Positions 22,956 through 34,561 of a stretch of 64,000 nt of DNA are shown in pieces. Under the pieces are notes generated by a model. It made no database searches. It was not told where the DNA came from and was given only the letters and a program-made list of their open reading frames with translations. Positions within the stretch are counted from its first letter, which is position 1, and each line of letters starts with the position of its first letter. The stretch spans positions 1,024,001 through 1,088,000 of the forward strand of contig CP000071.1 in NCBI GenBank assembly GCA_000002445.1, in the 5' to 3' direction. Position numbers and translations under genes: made by a program. Origin of the DNA: Trypanosoma brucei (Eukaryota).

Positions 22956-24728
22956 ATGAACTTCTCTGGTGGAAACAAGGAAGGACTGGACAAGCAGTCT
23001 TATACAAGTGTTCCCCCGGGGACACGAGAGGAGGAAATTCAGAATTCAGGGAACCTTGCCGTTAAGCAGCCCACTGTTCCAACTCTTAGTTCTGCCACCG
23101 CTTCTCCAGCGAACACAGCAGCGGGTGAGTTAAATGACCCTCGCCCTCACAACACCGTCGCCTCTTCTGGTGCTGCCGGTTCTGTGGGACATCTGCAGGT
23201 GGAGCGAAAACAAGAGTGCGATGATCAGCAACCAATGAAATCGCCTACGCCCTTAGAGGAGACCCTGAATACTGTGACACAATATTTGGTTCAGAGGGAC
23301 GATCTTCCAACCATTCCATTGTTGCAACAGCAGGCACTGCTTTTAGGAGAGGTACCTGACTTAAAGGAAGTGCCAGAACCTTCACAAACGGTATTTACGC
23401 CTCCGAAGGAATACGGGGACGAAACGGGCCCGTGGGGATCCTTTTTGAGTCTAAAGAAGGCCACTGGAGAGACAGTTTTTGGAATGATGTCTTTTTACGA
23501 TCAAGTTATGAAGCTGCAGGTTACACATGAGAAGGAGGCCGCATCCTACCGAGAAGCTGCTGAACATACGGTTAGCCAACAGCGTCAGACCATTGAGGCA
23601 CTCACTTCCGAGTGCAGGATTTTACGTTCGAGAAATGACCGTATGAGGACCATCATTGATAAAACAAATCAACAACTCAAACAGTGGGAAAGCGAAAACA
23701 GCGAGCTAAATAAAAAGCTAAGAGAAGTTGAACAGCGTTGCGCTCACGTTGAAGACCGCGCGGTAGTCGCGGAATGTGGTCGGAAGATGCTTGAACTGCG
23801 CCTCCGGGAAGTAGAAATGTCGTTAAACTACAGCACAGATGCAGTCAACAAGCTTAGAAAGAGCTTGAATGAGGCGAACCGGGACAGGGATCACGCCCTA
23901 CAAGAACAGTATAATGTTTATGAGGCAAACAGAAGGGATATGATCGAGTTCTATGATAGACGCGAGAGGGAACTGGTTCACGAATTTAACGAAACGGTGA
24001 CTAAACTTCAAGATATAATGTACAACGCCATGAAGGCTCATGAAGATAAGTTGAGGGAGTGTTGGAATGATATGCAGCGTCTTCAGCAAGAGAAACATGA
24101 AGAGTCTATCAAAGAGCTCAACATACTGAGGGAAAAAGAAGAACGAGACTATAACGCAAGAATTTCACGGGTGGAGCAAGACAATCAAAGGCGATACGAA
24201 CAGTATCGTAGCGAGATGGCACTTCTTGAGCAGCGTCAGAGGGAACGGGAAGAACACTTGTTGATGGATATATCGCAAAGGGAAAGGGAGCTTAGTGAAA
24301 GGGAGCAGCGGCTTCGCGTACAGCGGACACAGGATGAACAAGACACGAAGATAGCTTTAATGGCTAAAGAGACGGAAGTGAAGACATACTATGAGAGACT
24401 AATGGAAAACATGCGGTCGGCGTTCGACAAGGAACGTGAGAAGATGTGCACCTTCTTCCGGGAGCAGGTGCAGGAAATATCTCAGCTCCATCTGGAAAAT
24501 GAACGGCAACTGGAACGGACGCACCGGGACAAAGAGAGAGAAATGGCACAGCGATATCGTATCGCGGGGTATGAGGCTGAGGATCGCAGAGGGAACGTGG
24601 AGCTTCGCGATGTTTCCATGGCGACCCAGTCTGCGCTCCTATCAAAATTTGACGCTATCGAGGCACGGCAGCGCGAACGTGCAGAAAAGGCCCGTGCTGT
24701 ATTTCAAAATCAACCCGAATCGAAGTAA
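22956..24728 (+). CDS. Coiled-coil hypothetical protein (590 aa). It is the last gene of the + strand unit before the strand switch.
   Basis: The N-terminus is rich in S, P, T and A. From about aa 170 onward the sequence is a continuous charged heptad-like stretch rich in E, R, K and Q, as in structural or cytoskeletal proteins. No enzyme motif was recognised. Confidence 0.5.
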   Translation: MNFSGGNKEGLDKQSYTSVPPGTREEEIQNSGNLAVKQPTVPTLSSATASPANTAAGELNDPRPHNTVASSGAAGSVGHLQVERKQECDDQQPMKSPTPLEETLNTVTQYLVQRDDLPTIPLLQQQALLLGEVPDLKEVPEPSQTVFTPPKEYGDETGPWGSFLSLKKATGETVFGMMSFYDQVMKLQVTHEKEAASYREAAEHTVSQQRQTIEALTSECRILRSRNDRMRTIIDKTNQQLKQWESENSELNKKLREVEQRCAHVEDRAVVAECGRKMLELRLREVEMSLNYSTDAVNKLRKSLNEANRDRDHALQEQYNVYEANRRDMIEFYDRRERELVHEFNETVTKLQDIMYNAMKAHEDKLRECWNDMQRLQQEKHEESIKELNILREKEERDYNARISRVEQDNQRRYEQYRSEMALLEQRQREREEHLLMDISQRERELSEREQRLRVQRTQDEQDTKIALMAKETEVKTYYERLMENMRSAFDKEREKMCTFFREQVQEISQLHLENERQLERTHRDKEREMAQRYRIAGYEAEDRRGNVELRDVSMATQSALLSKFDAIEARQRERAEKARAVFQNQPESK

Positions 24729-27700
24729 TCATCTGGTGTTGTGGTGGCGCATGTTGCGTCTAATCACTGACATGTCGGCTAAGTTGCTTGCTTTAGCGAA
24801 ATATAGGTGCACGTATGGTGTTATATTACTACATCTAGCTCCCGCAGAAGGGGAACGCTGCTACTTATGTTTCCCTGCGTGATCGTCTCTGTCTTGTGTC
24901 AGATCCCATGGCTCCCTTATCAGGGGTTTCTGCCTGACCAACTTTTTCCATCGGTCTTACGCCTATCCATTTGCCGCTGCGCTGTTAGTTGATGGAACAA
25001 CAGATTCCCCTCGCTGTACGGTACTGCCGAGAAGCGTCGTTTCCATGCCTCTGTTACCACTGGCGCCTAGCTAGATCTGGGAAATATTCTGCTGTGCCAG
25101 GTTCGTATCGATGTTTTTTATAATTTTCGACCCGAGAGAATCAGAGGAACAATTCCTCCCTTGTTGTTGTGCATTTGCGAGGGGCGGAGAACTCTCACGC
25201 CGTCTGGGTACCGTAGACGTCCGTTCCACATACGCACTCACGCATCATTCCCTACTGGAGTTGATATGGCTGTCTGCTTTGTTTTATGCAAACCCAATGA
25301 AACGGAGAGCCTTAGCGGCTGTGAGTGCGGCGACGACCACAGTCTGCTCCGTTGACGGAACGGAGTACCCATTTTGAGTTACTCATTGCTGTCGAAGAAG
25401 CCCCCAAATGTGGCTTTATTTAGTTCATGAGCTCGATGGGTGGCTCGCCTCATGTCCGCGACAGTGTTGCTGCGCCTGCCACGTCGTGCTGATGTTGTTG
25501 AAGGAGCTGTAGCGGTGGGAGGCTGATGGGGCCGCGCCATTTTAACGAGTCGTGGCGCATGCTATGAACTTTGGTATTGGACAAAAGTGACCTCACCCAC
25601 ATGTTTTATCCCGACTGCAAGTGCTCAATGTTGCAGTGGCGAGCCCCGGTGCAGGGTGGGGCACAGCTGCATACCAGAACTTGTGCTCTAACACTTTGCT
25701 ATTGGATGGGCGTGCGCGGCATGCTTCCATTTTTTAATTAGTTCCCTCTTTGCTCTCCACTGAGTTGAATCACAGTGCACTACCCACCACATTCTTGTCA
25801 CCAAGCACAACCCTAGTTGTTCCCGCTTCTTCAAAATTTTGTTCTCTAGTTCCGATGACCAATGAGCTCATGCGTCCTGTTGCCTACTTTTGGGATTCAG
25901 TGCTGCAGTGCGTTGCGCCCAAATCTGACAAAAAAACTCGGACACCTAAAAAATGTAGTGAGCATAAAACCAAATCGATATACCGCTGCACCAACGCCGA
26001 GACGTTGCCTTCCACATTTTGGTTTTGCAACAATAGTGCGGCTGGCCAAAAGGCAGAAAAAATTGCACCGCAACGACAGAAAGCTAAAAGGGTGCATTTC
26101 TCCGAGAAAATAAACGTAGTACTCATTCAGGGTATAAATAGAGGTAGCGTGTAGAGAAGCGGAGTTGCGCTTTGCCTCCTGGTGGCGAGTCGGGCCTCCG
26201 TGGAGAGGTTGTTCGAAGTTGGTGTCGATGTGGAGGAAGAAGTATGAAGCAAATTGCGGAGGACGCCTACTGTCCGTTTCCATCCACACGCACCCTTGTT
26301 AAAGGGTAAGGGATTGCAAAGTTATACAAATTCTTTAATGTATGCTGAAGGGTGCATCTTGAAACTTGAACCGCTGGTTATCCCTGAAGCCGGGTTCCAC
26401 CCTGTTCTCTATCAAATAATTGCGGCGAATGATCGGGTTCAACTGGTGCGTGCTGGAGTGTAAACGACCACGGGAGGACGAAGCTCCTTGCGAATTTGGA
26501 AAAAAGCATCCCTATGTGTGCGTGGTATGGAAGCAAGGGTGCGACAAAACGCGTTCCACGAAGTCTGGGTATAATCGAGCTGGAGAATTTCCACATAAAA
26601 ACAGTTCCATATAACTAAATTTGGACTCATGCTGGCAACTCATTTTCACGTGCATATTACATTTTGTTACGAATATTAAAGTGTGCAAGATAAATCATCT
26701 TTTTCCCCTTTATCTTCCGTCCAACCAAAGGAGCGCGCGCATACAGTAGCTCAGAGGCATGGAATGCTTCACGTTGCATTCCCCGCGTAAGGAACTCGGT
26801 GGCTGACAGCTCCGATGGCGGTGCCCATTTAATAAGGGATCATTTGAGTACTGTGGAGAATTTTGTTCTAGGTGTGAGCTGATTTCACGCAAGCGTGATG
26901 GGAAAGCGCGAACCACTGATTAAGCACTTCGGAAACAAAGCGTGAAGCTTGGGGGTGTGACACTCAGTCATTCGACGTCGATGCAACAGCCGTAGCCATT
27001 CAACAAGTTTCCCCCTATATCCGCCAATACCTACGAACGAAAAGATGGGTGGGGGACCGATCGCGTTCCTTCAACGTAAAAGCGTATATTTAATGTCATC
27101 TCAAACACCCCTACAATTTTTAGTTGAGGAGCATGTGTGCATCCAGAACCTGCGTGCGCGGGTGAATAACGCCTTTGGTTCAGTATTTTGACTTAGAGTT
27201 GGACGTTTCCGGTGGATCGTCATTACCGAAAGTCTCTCTAGTGAACCCGGCACCGCCCATGCCAATTACTCCGTCCATGGACGGCGCGCCTTTCTAGTTC
27301 GGTTGCGTTCCGTTGGTTCAAAACCTCATACCGCTCCGATAGGTCCGTATACGCGCTTAAAAACGTTTTGGCACACGCATTGCGACATCAGCTGGAGAGT
27401 GCGATCGTCAGCAAAGAATGGATCCCCGTCACCATTGGTTTCGCTTATATTCGTTCATTCCCAGCGGAAACGAGAACTGGAGATAGAAAACAACCGGCAT
27501 CCACCCTTCTGTCAACTCCACCGATGGTGGTCGAATGCTTTCCGCTTACTACGTCACCACCCTTCGAAGTTTTGGAATAAGCTTTTTCACTATGTGTGCA
27601 ACTTTAAAGCGCATCAGCATGATTCGTTCCAGTCCTTCGCCCGTGTCGCATAGCTCTTTCCGCTCAATCGCTGACCTTTCATCATAAACTCCTCCATTTC

Positions 27701-29325
27701 GTTTCGCGCCTCATCACTCTGCCCTTCCGCCGGTTGTTGGATGTGCTTGTGCTTTAACCATAATCCGATATCGCACGCGTTCCCGCGGGGCGCGCACCTC
27801 AGCGGGGTTGTTGCTACATTTCAAATTTTGCACGAGCTTCCCCACAAGTAGCCTATTCCATGACATTTTCTTCTTCACCTAGATATGCTGAGCCATTTTC
27901 TCATTTCGATCCGGTCCCTCCTGGTGTTCCCACATTGGATCGCCGGTTCGGGTCACCCCAGCTATTTCCTCCACCTCCCTCCTTAACGACAACTGCAGAG
28001 TCGAGGAGGCCGTTGCTTGTGTCTTTTTGTCTCCCGGGCTCATCCCGCTCCTTCACCAACCCCAAGTGCACTTGGTTGCCGACATTTCTGCTTACACTTG
28101 TGTTCCGGTGAGTTCATCCCCCGGGCGCACGCGGCGCTGCGCATCCCGCGGCTGAGAAAACTGAAGAACTCGGCCGTGGGCAATCCGACTCAGGTATCGT
28201 CGGAATCCCCGATGACCTGCGACCTTTCCTAGTATATCAGGCTGCCGAGCCAAGGGATGAAGAATTACCCTCTTGTCATTCATTTAGCGGCGGCGGCATA
28301 GCCGCTGGGCACTTTTCACGCTTTTTTTTTTATCCTCCATATCTTTCACGTGGCACGCCAGGTTTTCGCTATGTTCAATCTCTACTGTTGTTTTCGGTAC
28401 CCACCCCGTTACCGCGCAGTCTTCTCAATCCCCACCCCCACAACCTCATTACCGCACTTTCCCTCCTTAGCCCAGATGTCGCGGCTCTTTGGCTCCGATG
28501 TTCGTTTCAGGCCGGCGTCGCCATACAAAGGCCTTGATCCAGGCTTATCTCCCCCAACCGTCTCGTTGCCCAACGTTCCTCACCCCTTTTCTTCACGACC
28601 GACAACTATAACTCCGACCAATCGCCATAGCCCCGTGCCTTTCTGCTTTCCCTGACAATGGCCGCTGTTTCAGCGTGCCGTCAGGCGCCGATGCACCTTT
28701 AGCGGTGAACCCAAACGGGCAAATACAACTCTGTTTTTGAATTGGCTGTGGGAGGAGGGTTTCGATATCAACTTACCATCGCTCACATAACCGATCCGTA
28801 TATGGAAAGGTATTGTCCCGGAGATCCCTCCAGTAATGGGAAGCCACACCGTTAACGGCATTATCCGCACCAAACTGCTTCGTTTCGCGCAGAATTCTCT
28901 AAGTTGCGATCTGCAGCGAGGGGTGAAGCTCATCCTTTTACGCGTGGGTTTCTTTGGGTAATGTTCCAATCGCAGCGCAATGAAAACTGCGAATCCTTCT
29001 TTTTTTTTTGTGCGTGTGTGTGTGGATACGTTCGAACTTTTCCCGACCGAACCGCATTATAAGATAAAGTTAGGACGAATATGCGGACAGGGACTCATCG
29101 TGCCTTTGGTAGTGACAGGCTCATTTTTTCCCTGTGGCATGAGCGTTAAGTATATAATTGTAACCACAGGTGTGGAAAATAGGAGAACGAACTTTTTTAT
29201 TTCCTAACGTTTTTTTTTTGTGATAGCTAGGTTTTCAAAAAGCTTAGCATGCATGCTGAAGGAACCGGCGAAGTCATCGGCGAGCGGGAGTCAGATGGCC
29301 CCCCCTTCCCTCCTCCGGAAAACTA

Positions 29326-29397
29326 AGGACCCACCCGGGTTTGAACCGGGGACCATTCGGACTGCAGCCGAATGCTCTACCACTGAGCTATGAATCC
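29326..29397 (-). tRNA. tRNA-Cys (anticodon GCA), left copy. It is the innermost element of the left palindrome arm.
   Basis: The reverse complement is GGATTCA-TA-GCTC-AGTGGTA-GAGC-A-TTCGG-CTGCAGT-CCGAA-TGGTC-CCCGG-TTCAAAC-CCGGG-TGGGTCC-T. The cloverleaf has a 7-bp acceptor stem (with 2 G·U pairs), a 4-bp D-stem, a 5-bp anticodon stem, a 7-nt loop with U33-GCA-G37, a TTCAAAC T-loop and a U discriminator. A TTTT Pol III terminator follows. Confidence 0.85.
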
Positions 29398-29539
29398 AAG
29401 GGCCCGAACACAACAGAAAACGTCGTATTATTATTATATTTTACGGTTCAGCGAAGTTATTTTCAGATAAAAGTAAAAAAGGAACATGCTTCACGATAAA
29501 AATATTAACTGCTGAAATAATTTGATATACCCTCCACGT

Positions 29540-29611
29540 GGATTCATAGCTCAGTGGTAGAGCATTCGGCTGCAGTCCGAATGGTCCCCGGTTCAAACCC
29601 GGGTGGGTCCT
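29540..29611 (+). tRNA. tRNA-Cys (anticodon GCA), right copy. It is identical to the left copy and oriented head-to-head with it.
   Basis: The sequence and cloverleaf are identical to the left copy, with the 5' ends facing each other across the 142-bp spacer. It is followed by TTAGTTTTCC, a T-run terminator. Confidence 0.85.
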
Positions 29612-32600
29612 TAGTTTTCCGGAGGAGGGAAGGGGGGGCCATCTGACTCCCGCTCGCCGATGACTTCGCCGGTTCCTTCAGCATGCATGCTAAGCTTTTT
29701 GAAAACCTAGCTATCACAAAAAAAAAACGTTAGGAAATAAAAAAGTTCGTTCTCCTATTTTCCACACCTGTGGTTACAATTATATACTTAACGCTCATGC
29801 CACAGGGAAAAAATGAGCCTGTCACTACCAAAGGCACGATGAGTCCCTGTCCGCATATTCGCCCTAACTTTATCTTATAATGCGGTTCGGTCGGGAAAAG
29901 TTCGAATGTATCCACACACACACGCACAAAAAAAAAAGAAGGATTCGCAGTTTTCATTGCGCTGCGATTGGAACATTACCCAAAGAAACCCACGCGTAAA
30001 AGGATGAGCTTCACCCCTCGCTGCAGATCGCAACTTAGAGAATTCTGCGCGAAACGAAGCAGTTTGGTGCGGATAATGCCGTTAACGGTGTGGCTTCCCA
30101 TTACTGGAGGGATCTCCGGGACAATACCTTTCCATATACGGATCGGTTATGTGAGCGATGGTAAGTTGATATCGAAACCCTCCTCCCACAGCCAATTCAA
30201 AAACAGAGTTGTATTTGCCCGTTTGGGTTCACCGCTAAAGGTGCATCGGCGCCTGACGGCACGCTGAAACAGCGGCCATTGTCAGGGAAAGCAGAAAGGC
30301 ACGGGGCTATGGCGATTGGTCGGAGTTATAGTTGTCGGTCGTGAAGAAAAGGGGTGAGGAACGTTGGGCAACGAGACGGTTGGGGGAGATAAGCCTGGAT
30401 CAAGGCCTTTGTATGGCGACGCCGGCCTGAAACGAACATCGGAGCCAAAGAGCCGCGACATCTGGGCTAAGGAGGGAAAGTGCGGTAATGAGGTTGTGGG
30501 GGTGGGGATTGAGAAGACTGCGCGGTAACGGGGTGGGTACCGAAAACAACAGTAGAGATTGAACATAGCGAAAACCTGGCGTGCCACGTGAAAGATATGG
30601 AGGATAAAAAAAAAAGCGTGAAAAGTGCCCAGCGGCTATGCCGCCGCCGCTAAATGAATGACAAGAGGGTAATTCTTCATCCCTTGGCTCGGCAGCCTGA
30701 TATACTAGGAAAGGTCGCAGGTCATCGGGGATTCCGACGATACCTGAGTCGGATTGCCCACGGCCGAGTTCTTCAGTTTTCTCAGCCGCGGGATGCGCAG
30801 CGCCGCGTGCGCCCGGGGGATGAACTCACCGGAACACAAGTGTAAGCAGAAATGTCGGCAACCAAGTGCACTTGGGGTTGGTGAAGGAGCGGGATGAGCC
30901 CGGGAGACAAAAAGACACAACCAACGGCCTCCTCGACTCTGCAGTTGTCGTTAAGGAGGGAGGTGGAGGAAATAGCTGGAGTGACCCGAACCGGCGATCC
31001 AATGTGGGAACACCAGGAGGGACCGGATCGAAATGAGAAAATGGCTCAGCATATCTAGGTGAAGAAGAAGATGTCATGGAATAGGCTACTTGTGGGGAAG
31101 CTCGTGCAAAATTTGAAATGTAGCAACAACCCCGCTGAGGTGCGCGCCCCGCGGGAACGCGTGCGATATCGGATTATGGTTAAAGCACAAGCACATCCAA
31201 CAACCGGCGGAAGGGCAGAGTGATGAGGCGCGAAACGAAATGGAGGAGTTTATGATGAAAGGTCAGCGATTGAGCGGAAAGCCTAACCACCGCAGACCCA
31301 AACAAGACGTCGTACCGTGGGCTTCGACAATTCTCACAGGCGCCAGGGATATGGCAGATCCTGTGGCGCCGCTAGGGAGATTTTTCACGATGACAGGAAT
31401 GTTGTTGCCCATATTTGGCCAGTGGAACGAGCAACGGGTGTGCGGTCGGGGCTGAAAAGGAAGGATAGGATGAAGACGGTAAGGTACTATTATAATCGTG
31501 TGTTCAAAACAAGTTTGTGGAGTGGGAAAGGTATTTGGCGTTGTGTTTGTGTGTGCGGAGAGATGGGATACGCTCATTCCAGTAAACTATGAGAAAGGTT
31601 TATCCTTAGGCTCACGGCCGAGCTGGGACGTGGGTGGTGCAGGCGGAATTACGCCGGGCCACCAATCCCACTACAAACTGTATGGGACAAAGGGCCTTAT
31701 TACACATCTTACGCGCGGCCACGCATCTAAGACAGCACGAGAGTGACAGGTGAAAATAAGGCCGCTGCAAAGAGGAGTGGATGCTTTTATGCACGCCACA
31801 GCAGCGGGCTGTTGAGGTTATCTGGTACTTAGACTTGTGGAATTCGGTCTCAACCCGAAAAGACTGGCAGTAAACTGAAGTTTGCCGTCCGCCAGTGAGC
31901 AGGTTACCGTTAAGAGGCTCAGGCTGGGCACACCATTGGCAGTTGTGGCCGCACCGACGGCGTCTACGCGACACAGCTCTCCTTTAAAGAGAATCATCCC
32001 AACACACAATTCCCGTACCTTCCCACATTGAGTTACAGCCGGTCTGAACACCCATGCGCTTATTAAGCCTTATTGGTGTACGCGCAGCGCGCCACTGCTA
32101 GTGAACAGCTTCTTTTTCAAAAAAAAACTTTCCACAGCTCTGCGCAATGCCAAATGGTATTTTCATAGGGCTGCCGCCCCAGTAGGTCTCCTTGTGAAAT
32201 TCACTTTTTTTGAACTGGTGTTTTCCCGACAGCTCCTGATTCCTTGTCCCTCAACAGGCGGTTGGTAGGTAAATCCAGGTATTAATCCAGCTGCCAGACG
32301 TTTCGCCCATTTCCTCCCAGCCTTACCTCAATATTTAGGACAGCAAAACCCGCACCGAAATTGTATAAGACATGCACAAATGCAAGCCACCCTTTAATTA
32401 AAATTCGTCCAATCGATCCCACTGCTTATATGTCGAGAGAATAAAACACAAAACGCGGTCACTTCATAATCGCAAAATCATCCAGTTTTGCGCAAAAGCG
32501 TATCATTACCTCCCTACCCCAAATCTCCCTCGACATATTTTGATTACTCTTACGAGCACTCACGTGTCACAAAAGCAAGTGCAAAAAAAAAAGCTCTACT

Positions 32601-33496
32601 GATCTCGAAGAAGCCCAACTGATGCAATACACCCCTCCCCCACAATCAAAAACGAAATTGCCATTTAATCGCCCTCGTGCAAATCATATCAGCTCTAGTG
32701 CAGCTATTACGCTTACGGTGTGGGCCTTTCCCCCCTTACAGTTTCCATTCAAGGGGAAAGTAAGCATTACCGTGGTTAAAAAAACCACCATAAGGCGCAA
32801 AAACGTACCGGCACGCATGCTCAACCGAAAAAGAAAAACACACCCCCACCCACCTAACCAACATACGGAACTGTACAATACGCCTGATGATGGCGGGAAT
32901 GGGGAAAGATATGGGGCATGAAAAAAAACTCTTTTCCCGTCAGTATGGTATGCATCACACGGCGCATGCACCCCAAACATCCCAACGAAAGATGTCCTCC
33001 TGCGGGAAAACAGAAGGTCGGATAGCAACTACATCATTTTCATACAACCATCTAATATAACTTTGTGAAGGCAAAAATCAAAGTGTGGTAGAAAGAAAAG
33101 GTTGAGAGAACAAGGTTGTGTGGCATGTTCCGCAAGATAATGACAGCAAGTGACGCAGAGCCGGGTAGCGGCACACACACACACACACGGCAGCGGTTGG
33201 CCGCACATAAGAAAGTTTCCAGCATCAGGCCTATAAGGCTATTCACGTTTTAGAATTGTTGGATCAAAATAATGAGAAACGAAAAAGAAAAGATTCAGAA
33301 GGGCAAAAAATTGAAGAAACCTTAGATTCAACCGTTAGGATGCCGCATAATGAGGAAGGAACGCAATATGGTTACAACCTCGGTGCGCACTGCCGCTTAC
33401 TCCCTATTGTTGTTATTGAAATATGGCATATAACAAGAAAGGAAACCCACGTCCACTTTGCTAAACCCACACCACCCACACGAATGTAATCGTGTT

Positions 33497-34561
33497 TTAC
33501 ATTTTGGAAGTGCGCGGGAGCGCCGGGAGCCCCTCATCAGCCAACTTGCAGGAGTTGAGCTTCTTGAACGAGCGTTTGGCACAACCGTTGGCATACAACA
33601 CATTGTAGACCTCATGGCATATGGGGAGGTGCACGTTGTGCTTCTTGGCGAGTCGCTCCAGCGGCTCAGCGGTTGCAACACCCTCAGCAACGGCCTTGCT
33701 GGTGCGCTTGATCTCTTCGAGGGAAATGCCTTGGCCGAGCTTCATGCCCACCGTAAAGTTACGTGAGAGTTCTGAAGAGCAGGTGAGCAATAAGTCACCG
33801 AGGCCGGGAAGGCCGAAGACAGCCTCACCCGTGCCGCCAAGTGCCAGGGTCAGGTCACGGATTTCGAGAAGACCACGAGAGATGAGGGCAGCGCGGGCAT
33901 TGTTCTCAGTTCCAAGTCCCTTTAGTGCACCTGAGGCAATGGCAAGCACATTCTTCATGGCGCTTGCGATCTCGCATCCGATAACATCGGTGGTTGCCCA
34001 GCAACGGAAGGAGCCGTCGGATGTGGTCATGATTTTCTGAATCTTTCGTGCCATGTTGATGTCGGCCGCGGCAGTGCAAACATTTGTCAGCATTCCCTTA
34101 GCAACTTCAATGGCGAATGAAGGGCCAGCAATAACACCGATTGGATAGTTGGGCAGGAACTCCTCCAAGATCTGTGCGGGGAAGAGGAGGGAGGAGCGCT
34201 CGATGCCCTTGCTGCACATCACCACGGGCACGTTGCGGGAAACAACGTGGTTGCGGAGGATGTGGCTGTTCTTCTGGAGGAACCCGCGGAGGAACTGCGT
34301 CGGGATGACGAAGAGGACAATCTCCGCACCTTTCGCGCACTCCTCAGCATCGGCCGTGAAGGTAAGGTTAGCTGGAAGCGGTGCACCGGGAAGGAAATAT
34401 ACGTTTTCGTGCTTCTGGTTCACAACACGGGCCTCATTGGCGTTCATATGCCATACGGACACAGACTCACACTTCTTTGCAAGGACGCACGCCAGAGCGG
34501 TACCGAAGGCGCCACTGCCGAACACCGCACCGCGCTTCAGATATGTCACACCGGAGACCAT
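33497..34561 (-). CDS. GPDH: Glycosomal NAD-dependent glycerol-3-phosphate dehydrogenase, 354 aa with a C-terminal PTS1 -SKM
   Basis: The protein starts [24 protein letters not shown], which is the GxGxxG Rossmann NAD-binding motif. The GPDH family core follows (…GPSFAIEVA…KNVLAIASG…[14 protein letters not shown]…) and the protein ends …ALPRTSKM. The computed ORF extends 57 codons further upstream (to 34732), but that stretch has no protein-like character. M34561 gives the 354-aa length typical of trypanosome glycosomal GPDH. Confidence 0.85.
   Translation of the reverse strand: MVSGVTYLKRGAVFGSGAFGTALACVLAKKCESVSVWHMNANEARVVNQKHENVYFLPGAPLPANLTFTADAEECAKGAEIVLFVIPTQFLRGFLQKNSHILRNHVVSRNVPVVMCSKGIERSSLLFPAQILEEFLPNYPIGVIAGPSFAIEVAKGMLTNVCTAAADINMARKIQKIMTTSDGSFRCWATTDVIGCEIASAMKNVLAIASGALKGLGTENNARAALISRGLLEIRDLTLALGGTGEAVFGLPGLGDLLLTCSSELSRNFTVGMKLGQGISLEEIKRTSKAVAEGVATAEPLERLAKKHNVHLPICHEVYNVLYANGCAKRSFKKLNSCKLADEGLPALPRTSKM

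Larger units (their letters stand above)
27655..31281. repeat. Large near-perfect inverted repeat (palindrome). Arms are about 27655-29397 and 29540-31281, around a 142-bp unique AT-rich spacer (29398-29539).
   Basis: Every ORF in one arm has an identical or near-identical mirror-image partner in the other. Examples are 28980-29207(+) with 29730-29957(-), 28670-28969(-) with 29968-30267(+), and 28350-28655(+) with 30282-30587(-). Manual reverse-complement comparison of 27861-28040 against 30890-31070 shows only 3 mismatches. Identity ends at about 27655 on the left (…gcggaaag|agcta) and about 31281 on the right (…gcggaaag|cctaa). Confidence 0.9.
24729..33496. other. Convergent strand-switch region, a presumptive RNA Pol II transcription-termination zone between the + and - polycistronic units
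   Basis: All credible CDS to the left are on + and all to the right are on -. This 8.8-kb interval contains only short, non-conserved-looking ORFs, the palindrome and the tRNA pair. In trypanosomatids, tRNA genes characteristically sit at convergent strand-switch and termination regions. Confidence 0.6.

Noticed and set aside
25750-26289. ORFs 25750-26154(+) and 25897-26289(-), of 130-134 aa, in the strand-switch flank
   Set aside because: They overlap each other on opposite strands, have no motif and no polypyrimidine or AG context. They are probably non-coding. The region is flagged as a possible ncRNA or UTR instead.
26730-26800. tRNA-like string gcatacagtagctcagaggcatgg in the left strand-switch flank
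   Set aside because: It contains a TAGCTCAG-like D-loop motif, but no complementary acceptor stem, anticodon arm or T-arm (GTTCRANYC) could be folded. It is probably a chance match.
27860-31077. Mirror-image pairs of 63-101-aa ORFs inside the palindrome arms (for example 28350-28655(+) and 30282-30587(-), Pro/Ser-rich)
   Set aside because: Each ORF exists only because the same non-coding sequence is present in both orientations. The sequences are low-complexity (rich in P, S, T and R), lack start context and are short. They were not called as CDS.
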